DNA of 64,000 bases, taken from positions 53,672 through 117,671 of the forward strand of contig CAVYPA010000002.1 of assembly GCA_963770295.1 (NCBI GenBank). Reading direction: 5' to 3'. A model generated the notes under the pieces. That model was not told where the DNA came from and did no database searches. It worked only from the letters and a program-made list of their open reading frames with translations. The first letter of the stretch is position 1, and every line of letters starts with the position of its first letter. This DNA is from an uncultured Alphaproteobacteria bacterium (GTDB lineage Bacteria > Pseudomonadota > Alphaproteobacteria > Rhizobiales > Hyphomicrobiaceae). A program made the translations under genes and the position numbers. Positions 49,467 to 58,259 of the stretch are shown here, piece after piece.

Positions 49467-50030
49467 ATGCTGGAGGCTGACCGGTATGGATGGAGACAAC
49501 CGACGGTGAAGATTGAAACGCCTCACATTCGGCTTCGCTGTTGGCAAGGGGGCGACCGAGAAGCGTTTGCTGCAATGAACGCTGATCCAGAGGTCATGCG
49601 CGATCTCGGAGGGCCGATCAGTCGTGAGGAGAGCGACGCAAAGCTTGACCGCTTTGCGGCAGCTTTCCATCGATACGGCTTGGGTCGGTGGGTAATTGAA
49701 AGTCCCGAGGGTCATTTCCTTGGTTACGCGGGCATAATGCCCTCACCTCCGCAGCACCCTCTCGGATCCCACTTCGAGATCGGTTGGCGACTTGTACGAA
49801 GCGCCTGGGGCCACGGGTATGCAACTGAGGCCGCCAAGGCAGCGCTTCATGACGCGTTTGGGCGCGCAGGATTGACGGAAATACTGTCCTACACGGCTCC
49901 CGACAACATCAGGTCACAGGCAGTTATGGTGCGATTGGGACTGCGGCGGCATCCGTCACTCGACTTTACGGCAGACTATGGAGAGGTCGGAAAGTGGCGG
50001 GGATGGGTCTGGGTGGCTCGATCGAAGTGA
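49467..50030 (+). CDS. GNAT-family N-acetyltransferase (RimJ/RimL-like)
   Basis: 'IETPHIRLRCWQGGDREAFAAMNADPEVMR...FEIGWRLVRSAWGHGYATEAAKAAL'. Confidence 0.75.
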   Translation: MLEADRYGWRQPTVKIETPHIRLRCWQGGDREAFAAMNADPEVMRDLGGPISREESDAKLDRFAAAFHRYGLGRWVIESPEGHFLGYAGIMPSPPQHPLGSHFEIGWRLVRSAWGHGYATEAAKAALHDAFGRAGLTEILSYTAPDNIRSQAVMVRLGLRRHPSLDFTADYGEVGKWRGWVWVARSK

Positions 50031-50741
50031 CGTTGAGAGATCGGCTTCGAGGCACGTGTGCGGGAATTCACGCCACTCGAGAGCATGTCGGCTCGTGGTC
50101 GGTAAGCAGTCTCTGAATGTCGCCAGTATTATCTACCCCGTGTAGGACGCATCGTTCAGGTTGCGGGCAATCGCCATCGCGGAGTAAGCAAGGAAAGCGG
50201 CCCAGGTTCCGAGCCTGGCGTGCACTCAATGCTCCGGATTTGCGTTGCGCTGTTCGCCCGTCAGTTCCCCGTCTACTTCCGCAAATCGGGGATGAGAGGG
50301 ACGCCAGCGCCTCGGCAATGTTCGGCAACGGCCAACGGAAAAGCCTCGGTCGTGGGGGGGATCATCACGAACTCGGAATTTTCGCCCCCTCGGGCTATCT
50401 GAATTACCTCCCTTTGGGTTATGGCCTGCCGCGGCGACCATTGTTCTTTCATGGACGGCCGCCAGGCGGTCTTCACTCTGAACTACGCCCACGCCCACTT
50501 TCGCGCCGCGGTCCGCAGGGCTTTGCCGAGGGCTGGATTGCCAAGGAGAGCGAACCCCGGACTATTGGGACTTCTTTTGTTTCGCGACTTCCTTCAACGC
50601 GGCCTTTCGGCCTCCGAGGCCTCGATCCTGACCAAGCTTGCGCCGGCTTGCAACCCTGCGCGCGATCGTCTTCTTCTTCAATATGGTCGCGCTGGCGCCT
50701 ATGATCGATTTTGCAGCCTCGCGGATCTGAAAGGACAAGCG

Positions 50742-51383
50742 GTGGAGTGGGGATCGTCCGGCCACATCGCGCACCTGATCGCCACCTACGGGTTACTGGC
50801 GATCGGTGTCATCATTGCCTTGGAGAGTATGGGGTTTCCCCTGCCCGGCGAGAGCGTGCTCGTGTTGGCCGCGCTCTATTCGGCTCACCATGGCCACAGC
50901 ATCACGGCGGTGGTGGCCTCCGCCGCGGTGGGTGCCATGCTCGGTGACAATGTAGGCTACTGGATCGGTCGCGAGTTCGGTTACCGACTCCTGCGGCGCT
51001 ACGGCAGCCGCATCGGCCTGTCGCCCAACAAGATCAAGATCGGCCAATATCTGTTCTTGCGCCACGGGAGAATGGTGGTGTTCTTTGGCCGCTTCGTCGC
51101 CGTCCTGCGCGTGCTCGCCGCCGTCCTGGCCGGGATCAACCGGATGGATTGGCGCCAGTTCCTGCTCGCCAATGCGGCGGGCGCGATCCTTTGGGCGTCG
51201 GTCATCGGCTTTGGCACCTATTTCTTCGGTAGAGCCGTGATGCATGTGACTCGGCCAGTGGGTATCGCGCTTGCGGCGGTCGCCTTGGCGGTCATTGTCG
51301 GAGCGCTGCTTTTCGTGCGCGCGCACGAGGCGGAGCTGGAGGCGGAGGCGGAGCGCGCACTGCCCGGTCCGTTGCGGCCGTAA
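50742..51383 (+). CDS. DedA-family (SNARE-associated) membrane protein
   Basis: 'YGLLAIGVIIALESMGFPLPGESVLVLAA...GDNVGYWIGREFG...FFGRFVAVLRVLAAVLAGINRM'. A GTG start at 50742 follows AAGGA. The start is tentative. Confidence 0.75.
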   Translation: MEWGSSGHIAHLIATYGLLAIGVIIALESMGFPLPGESVLVLAALYSAHHGHSITAVVASAAVGAMLGDNVGYWIGREFGYRLLRRYGSRIGLSPNKIKIGQYLFLRHGRMVVFFGRFVAVLRVLAAVLAGINRMDWRQFLLANAAGAILWASVIGFGTYFFGRAVMHVTRPVGIALAAVALAVIVGALLFVRAHEAELEAEAERALPGPLRP

Positions 51384-52071
51384 ATTCCATCGGACATCCA
51401 CCGGTCAACTTAGAAATGACTGGCTGCTCACCCTGTCGGGGGGCGCAGCTCGAGCTTGGAGTTGATCAGGTCGTGCCTTCGCGCCTGCAATACTGCCGCG
51501 GGCCGAGGTCAACGCCGGCCTCGCCGCCCGGGGTCGGCCGCAACGCCTCGCCAGCAGCAACTGGGGGGCTTCGTTGGAAGGTTGAAGTTAAGAGGCTTAG
51601 CAATGAAAGCAGTGCATGGGCCATGCGAAACATAGCGTTCGCGGGTTGCAAGGGTGAATACGACGTGATGCGAAGCGGTCGAGCCTTTCGATTGACGGAA
51701 CCCGCTTCATGCTGTGCTCAAAGCGCTGCGTTTTCCACAATGGCGCTGAAGAAGATTTCCCCCTTCTCCTCGGTTGCGCGGGGATCATCACGTCGGCTGG
51801 GATGTGCACCGAGGTGGGTTGCATGCGCGATCAAGAGCGATGCACCGTCCCCCGTATTTAGCAGTAAAGACCGACCGCATTGTCTTCGGTAGCAGACGTC
51901 GCAAATGCTCAGTTGGCCACGGTGAAGTCCGTCTGACTATACGGCCGGACTGCAGTGCTCATCTTAAGGACCATTGATACGATGACGGCGTAGGAGGATG
52001 CTGCCCTGCGGATGGAAGCTCGTCACCATCTGCCGTAATCACGAGCTTCAATTGCCACACTGGGACACGAT

Positions 52072-52344
52072 ATGACAGAAGCACAATTGCGCGAGCTGTT
52101 GTCGCGGGAAACCCTCGCCTGGGCGGAGAAAGCGCCGGCCGACATCGTTGCTGAGCTTGCAAGGCCGCAGACCTATCGTCGAGGTACGGGCGACACCTGG
52201 CACGAAATTGAAGTGACACTTCTCGAAGCCACCGGCGACTACATCCACGTCAAGACAAGCATACATGATGGCAGCCTCGTGTGGGCACTCAAGCCAATAT
52301 CGTCGAGCTTCCTCATTTATCGCGACGGGCGTATCGAGATCTGA
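52072..52344 (+). CDS. Hypothetical small protein
   Basis: 90-aa ORF with balanced composition. No domain recognised. Confidence 0.4.
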   Translation: MTEAQLRELLSRETLAWAEKAPADIVAELARPQTYRRGTGDTWHEIEVTLLEATGDYIHVKTSIHDGSLVWALKPISSSFLIYRDGRIEI

Positions 52345-52705
52345 TTGTCGCTCGAAGAGGTGAGACCCGCACGGCGCGTCCGCTGCACGCGACGGCTCAC
52401 ATGGCTGACATGCTCGACCGCAGCCACCATCCTCGTCAAACCTGGATCCGGCCGGTGGGTGTGCATCCTCAGGGTATCAGGTGCAAGGCTTGTCCACGGT
52501 CGGTGCAGTCCGAAAGCTTTCATCGGCCCGCAGGCGCAACGTGCCAAGAGAAGAACTCCGTCGCGCCGAGGCAGCGTGCACCGGTTGCCATCCGTGGCTG
52601 CGTGGGTCTCCAGCAAAGCCTGAGGCTTGAGTTGACGGGTGATCCTAGGCCGGCGTAAGCAGGCCTCATTGACCTCGTAGCCGGAAGCGCGAACGGGAGA
52701 TAGAG

Positions 52706-53086
52706 ATGGGAGATCGCGAAATACGGGCAGCGCTCGAGCGGCATTGGGCTGCCTCCGACGCTAACGATTTCGAGGCCGAGCATGACATCTACTGCGACGA
52801 CGCCGTGCTCGACTATCCGCAGTCCGGCGAGCGCATCCGGGGTCGGCGCAAAATCCAAGAGAGCCGAACTGTTCAGCCGAGCAAGAAGCGCTTTTCTGTG
52901 CGGCGAATCATCGGCAACGGAGATTTCTGGATCACGGAATTCGTGCTCACCTACGACGGCACGCCCTCGTACTCCGTGAGCATCATGGAATTCAGAGACG
53001 GAAACGTTGTGAGGGAGACGCAGTATTTCTGCGATTCGTTCCAGCCTGGACCATCGCGCGCGCATTTGGTCGAGTTGGTTTACTGA
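52706..53086 (+). CDS. NTF2/SnoaL-like fold protein
   Basis: 126 aa. 'REIRAALERHWAASDANDFEAEHDIYCDDAVLDYPQSGERIRGR' is a typical SnoaL-like N-terminus. Confidence 0.65.
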   Translation: MGDREIRAALERHWAASDANDFEAEHDIYCDDAVLDYPQSGERIRGRRKIQESRTVQPSKKRFSVRRIIGNGDFWITEFVLTYDGTPSYSVSIMEFRDGNVVRETQYFCDSFQPGPSRAHLVELVY

Positions 53087-53640
53087 AGCGATGCCAATGG
53101 CGGTGCCCGCGTTTTTGCGATCTTCGAACTCTCACCGCTACGGCCGCCTGCAATGCGCCGCTGTCGGGCGTCCCGCAACCGGATCCGCTGTGGCGTGACT
53201 ACATGCCGAAGCGAAAACTTTGAGCATTGATGCGCCGCACAAATTTGTCGGTAGAAGTGGACGCGTAATGCTCGGCTCTGGACTGGGCAACTCAAGACGC
53301 GATCATTTCTTTATCGTCATTGCTGCGCTTAGTCGCACGACATCTCTTCTCATTTGCAGAAGCGCGAGACGATTAGGCGACGTTCGCTGCGGCAGGGTCG
53401 TTGCGCAGGCGTGAGGCTTGAGTGAGGCCTGGAACGCTCGGCTCGCAATGCTACGGTCCTGGAGAACTCACGTACGATCATGCCGGCGGCCCCCCTGACG
53501 GTATATGGCGGGGTCAAGGTCAAGTTCTGACGCCTATTTGTTCATGTTCTGGCTTCAGACGCTTCGTAAAGGTATTGATGCCTCCGACCGTCGTGGTCCT
53601 GAGCCATGCATTCTTTGAGGTTTTTTAGAAGAGGCACATC

Positions 53641-53988
53641 ATGCCAAGACTTACCCTCGTGGTTCTCGCGCTGGTAATCACATCCTCGGTGGTGCTTGCT
53701 CAAGGTCGCCCAACACGCTTTTGGAATCTGACGCAGGACACCATCTCCGAATTCTATCTGGCGCCCGCGGGTACGACCCACTTCGGTCCCAATCAATGCA
53801 AGAACGATAAGGACGGCACCGTCGATCACGACGAGCGGTTGCGCATCACCGGAGTTGAGCCTGGCATGTACGATGCCAAGTTCACCGATGTCAAAGGCCG
53901 CACCTGCGTGGCGCGGAACATTAAAATCGAAACCGGCAAGATCTTCTCGATCGAGGAGAGCGAGCTGACCTCCTGTACCACTCGTTGA
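53641..53988 (+). CDS. Small secreted hypothetical protein
   Basis: Signal peptide 'MPRLTLVVLALVITSSVVLAQG'. Has a conserved-looking 'FWNLT...LAPAGT..FGPNQC' and a C-terminal Cys. Confidence 0.55.
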   Translation: MPRLTLVVLALVITSSVVLAQGRPTRFWNLTQDTISEFYLAPAGTTHFGPNQCKNDKDGTVDHDERLRITGVEPGMYDAKFTDVKGRTCVARNIKIETGKIFSIEESELTSCTTR

Positions 53989-54039
53989 TGTAACGAGGCG
54001 TTGGCTGCTGGCCGCCGCGCAGTTGTGTCTCTGGCGTGG

Positions 54040-54290
54040 CGTTTCGAATGGGCCACTGGCCGCGAATTCGGCGCGGGTCTTATGCTGGGCGTTGCCGGTT
54101 ACGACTACTGCCAGGTGACGAGTGATTCCGGTCCTTGTACTGTGCTTGGTCCATTCAAAAGCTGCGTCGACGCGACTGGCCCGGGACTCAGCCATCGTCG
54201 CCGTGCCACGCGGCGGCTGGCTGTATGCGTTGAGCGCAATCCGCGAGCGGCCACTCGGGGGTAGGTCCTCACCGGTGGGCCTGGCATACA
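54040..54290 (+). pseudogene. Possible C-terminal fragment of an outer-membrane 'MetA-pathway' transporter family protein
   Basis: 'GLMLGVAGYDYCQVTSDSGPCTVLGPFKSCVDATGPGLS' resembles the 'GY.YQQ.TGDSG.GA.LG.FKG.V.A.GP' block of that family. It lacks an N-terminus and changes frame near 54190. Confidence 0.3.
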
Positions 54291-55215
54291 CCCGCTGCGC
54301 TGGGCTAATCCCCCTTTCGACCCATCCTCGTGACCGCATGCTGCTACAGACAGCGAAGGGCGCCCGTGCGTGAGCGCCCCTGCTGGAATTGGCGCTCAGG
54401 TGGTGCGAGGGCTGAGCGCGATATGCCTCCCAGCGCAGCTTACGGCAGCAGGGCGAACCGCTGCGACCACTAAATTGGAAAGGATACTACGCAAAGAGCG
54501 AGGAGCGGCGCACCGAACCGCTCGCCAGCTCCTCGCGGCCTGCTAGGTCCCGCACCCCGCAGGCAGACTCATGCGTAATTAGATTAATTCGGCATAATCG
54601 ACGCTTCAGTATGGATGATGACTGGAGCGATTTCGACTTCAGACCAAACCCGGCTTCCGCTTTGTGCCTGCCGAGTATCAGTGCGCCAGAAATTGGCGCA
54701 ACGGCACAGCAAAATCGAATGCCGTAGCGATCCGGGCCACGCGGTCCCTCCAGCAACCCTTCCACACCGCGCAGATAATGACACCACGCCGATGACGAGC
54801 GGCACTCCGGTGGCCAGCAGGTTCCAGTTCAGGCCATGCAGAGTTTCCGGCACCACTTTCCCTAAAACATCGCGCGCTTATCCACAGACACAGCTCCGCC
54901 AAATTTTCACCGCGAAACATCTGTATGGTGTTCCGCGTTGGGTGAGTAAGTGAGTGGCGTCGAAGGGTTGTTGCGTAGGCGTCCCAAGTACCGAGTACCA
55001 ACGACGAAATCCCCCTTAACGGCTCTGGTAGCAAAACACCGGAGCCGTCACCTTTCATACCGTCGGCTTCCTGGTGTAACCCGACGCCGCTGCCGCAGCC
55101 ATGAAGGCCGCGCCAGCCGCCGTTAAGGCTTCGAACGGGCCGGCCTTGATCGCAGCGGCGGCCATGTCGCTTCCGCTGCCGCGGCCACGACCGACCATCT
55201 CTCACCGCGTCATTC

Positions 55216-55623
55216 CTAAGCCTCCCGTTGACATGACCTCTCCGTGGACATGGTTTTTTCCACACCGTTGGGAGTGTTGGTGCCGCAGGAATTGCCGCCG
55301 CAATCAGGGATTACACCATCCCCTTTGATGGCGCCGACAAACGGGAACCACTCGAGGATCCGCTTGGAGTCTTCGGGTGCATTTTTCTGGGTCGGCACCA
55401 GGTAGCGGTCGCGGATGCCATCAAAGGACCGCTTCGTCCAGGCGGACTCGCGAGCGAGCTTAAGCCTTGTCTTGGCGATGGCGTCGACCACCTCGGTCTT
55501 TGACCAGTTCCAGATCGGGTGCAATTTCTTCGCGGACGGCGTGATGAGCGTGCATAGCGCCATCATGCGGATCGGACCGTCTTCGGCGCGCACGCCGGTG
55601 GCCACCGGACGGTCAGGGTCCAA
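55216..55623 (-). pseudogene. Possible fragment of a PAPS-reductase-superfamily (phage/plasmid-type) protein
   Basis: 'HPIWNWSKTEVVDAIAKTRLKLARESAWTKRSFDGIRDRYLVPTQKNAPEDSKRILEWFPF' recalls the C-terminal part of such proteins. There is no PP-loop N-terminus. Weak call. Confidence 0.3.
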
Positions 55624-55973
55624 GCCCCTCTTCCTGCCCGACCATCACCTCCAGGTCTGTGAGGCTCGGCAGAGGATCAGATCGGAGGGAAGAAGAAATG
55701 CAGTTCAGTGACAAGCCCGCCACCGCCGTGGCAAAGTACACAGTGCTTGTCGCCTTCTTGGCGCTGTCGCTTGCGGTGACAGCCCTCGCGACTGGTCGGG
55801 TTGCGGTGGCGATGGGGTAGATGTGAAGGCCGGCCATGCCGTTGGTGGTGTTTTTGACCTCGCCGAGGCCCTGTCGGCGCTGTGGGGGCCGCCGATCGCT
55901 TGGGCTCGCCGCGGTCTTCGCAAGCGGTCCAGGCCCCGCTGACCGGCGCGGATAACACTTCTTTTCCGCCGCT

Positions 55974-58259
55974 CTAATTTTTTGACCCTACGGGTTTGAC
56001 GCCGTTGTAATGAGCCTGCGCAGTTTGAGCGGCGACGTCGTAGGGCCACTTGTTCATGCTTCGGCACCAAGTGGGCGGTTCGGCAGGGAGATAGTAGACC
56101 AGGCGCTGCTCGGGCGTTAGGCAGCGGGGCACATCGGCTTTGGCGCGATCAACGAGATCCTGGTTTTTCATAAAAGAGTCCCAAACACGCGCTGTGGCGT
56201 CGGCAGAGAAGGTGAGTATGCGCCCGCCGTCCTGGGAAAAGACTGCGTCATTCACCGACCCGGTGTGTCCTTCGAGCCTACCAAGTGGCTTGCCCTCAAT
56301 GTCCCACACGCGTGCGGTACCATCGGTGGAGGCGGTCAATATGCGGCCTCCATCTTGGGCAAACGCCGCCTTGGTGATCTTGCCCGCGTGGCCCAATAGG
56401 GTTGCCATCAGCCTACCTTCGCGGCTCCACAACCGCGCCGTCTTGTCAGCGGAAGCAGTTAGAATGCGGCGTCCATCGGGGGCAAACACCGCACCATAGA
56501 TCGGGCCAGTGTGACCCTGCAGTACGGCGAGAAGCCTGCCGTCAGCGTCCCATAACCGGGCCGTCGCATCGTTTGAGGTGGTCGCAATGCGGCGGCCATC
56601 CGGAGCAAAAACCGCGCTGGTGACTTTGTCCAAGTGCCCTTGCAATGTAGTTACCGGCTCGCCATCACGATCCCACAGCCGTGCGCTACCGTCCGCGGAG
56701 GCGGTGAGGATGCGTCCATTGTCCGGGGCGAACAGCGCACTAGTGACCGGGCCCGTATGACCCTGCAGCGTGGCCAGCGGTCGACCATCACGGTTCCAAA
56801 GTCGCGCAGTACCATCGACGGAAGCCGTGAGAATGTCGCTCGTCTGCGTGGCAAATACTGCGCCGGTGACGGGGCCCGTGTGGCCCTGCAGCGTGGCCAA
56901 GGGTCTGCCATCGCGGTCCCAAAGTCGCGCAGTACCATCGACGGAAGCCGTGAGAATGGCGCTGATCTGGGTCCCAAATACCGCGCTGGTGACGGGGCCC
57001 GTGTGCCCTTGGAGCGTGGCGACCAGCTCGCCGTCGTCCTCCCATAGTCGTGCCGTGGCGTCGTCCGATGCGGTCACGATCCGTCGATCGCCGGGCAAAA
57101 AAAGCGCGCTTTTTACCGGCGCCGCGTGACCTTGCAGTGTAACTTGCCGTTTGGGGTTGCGATCCCAAAGCCTAGCCGTCTTGTCGAAAGAGGCGGTTAG
57201 GATACGGTGCCCATCAGGCGTGAATACCGCATTGTAGACCAATCCTGCATGGCCCTGTAGCGTTGCAAGCGCCTTGCCCTCACGATCCCAAAGCCGTGCC
57301 GTGGCATCATCCGACGTGGTCAGAATATAGCCGCCATCGGCTGAGAGCTGTGCGCTGTTGACCTTGTCGGTATGGCCTTGCAGAACCGCGATCGGCTGAC
57401 CATTAGAGCTCCAAAGCCGTGCTGTACCATCCGCAGAGGCCGTCAGTATGCGGGTACCGTCAGCGGCAAACGCGGCGAAGCTAAGGGGTGCCGTATGGCC
57501 CTCCAGCTTGATTGCTGACTTGCCATCGCGGTCCCACACCCGCGCGGTCTTATCTGTGGAGGCGGTTAGGATGTTGCTCCCGTTGGGGGAAAATACTGCG
57601 CTAACTATCGGACCCTTGTGGCCCTGCAGGATGGCGACCAGCGTACCGTCGTGGTGCCACACCCGCACTGTCTTATCAGTGGAGGCGGTCAGGATCGTAT
57701 TACCGTCAGGCGCAAATACTGCGCTGGTGACTACTCCCTTGTGACCTTGCAATGTGAAAAGCAAGGTACCATTGCCGTCCCAAAGTCGCGCGGTACCATC
57801 CCAAGAAGCAGTCAAGATGCGATCACCGCCTGGTGCAAACACTACGCTGCTGATTGGGGCAGTATGACCCTGCATGATGAGGAGCTGTCTGCCGTCGCGG
57901 CTCCAGAGCCTGGCCGTCCTGTCATCGGACGCTGTAAGAACGCGACCTCCGTCAGGAGCAAACGCACCACTAGTCACAATGTCGGCGTGGCCACGGAGAA
58001 TCGCGAGCAAGTTGCCGGCGGGGTCCCAAAGCCGCGCCGTCTCGTCTGCGGAGAAGGTCAGAATGCCGCTGCCATCTGGCGCGAATGCGGCACCCAAAAC
58101 CGAACCGGTGTGCCCACTAAGGATCTTTCGCTCGCGCTGGTTTTGCAAACCGATCTGGGCAGCGCGCCACGTTTCATTCACGAATGGTCGTGAACGTTGT
58201 CTTTCATCGTCTGACATTTCGTCTCGCAGGCCTTCCAGGGCGAGCAGGGTCCCCAGCAC
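55974..58259 (-). CDS. 16x WD40-repeat region plus Cys-pair tail; most likely the C-terminal part of the TIR protein upstream, separated by a frame change
   Basis: After a 45-aa lead-in ('[13 protein letters not shown]...') there are sixteen consecutive repeats of exactly 41 aa, consensus '[41 protein letters not shown]'. The tail is '[28 protein letters not shown]'. No SD and no ATG at its 5' end. Confidence 0.85.
   Translation of the reverse strand: [761 protein letters not shown]
56157..58124 (-). repeat. Array of 16 in-frame 123-bp (41-codon) WD40 coding repeats
   Basis: Exact 41-aa periodicity. Units 10 and 11 (56772-57017) are almost identical and share an identical core of about 40 nt, 'ccaaagtcgcgcagtaccatcgacggaagccgtgagaatg'. 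Confidence 0.9.

Noticed and set aside
50562-50700. Possible 39-aa Lys/Arg-rich mini-protein on the minus strand ('KKKTIARRVASRRKLGQDRGLGGRKAALKEVAKQKKSQ*'), divergent from dedA.
   Set aside because: It has no ATG (only a TTG) and no Shine-Dalgarno sequence, and I cannot recall a matching family with confidence. It is worth a tblastn search but is not supportable from the sequence alone.
53542-54339. Long ORFs such as 53542-54339(-), 10854-11327(-), 11176-11853(-), 8059-8799(-), 28750-29379(-), 50793-51401(-), 54678-55265(-), 17166-17981(+), 20920-21768(+) and 2900-3592(+).
   Set aside because: They run antisense to, or out of frame with, well-supported genes. Their composition is Arg/Ala/Gly/Pro-rich, as is typical of shadow ORFs in high-GC DNA. 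They have no recognisable motifs.
56157-58124. The regular 123-bp DNA periodicity could be mistaken for a CRISPR-like or satellite repeat array.
   Set aside because: The period is exactly 41 codons, it lies in one long open frame, and it encodes canonical WD40 blades. There is no repeat/spacer alternation. No CRISPR array is present anywhere in the window.
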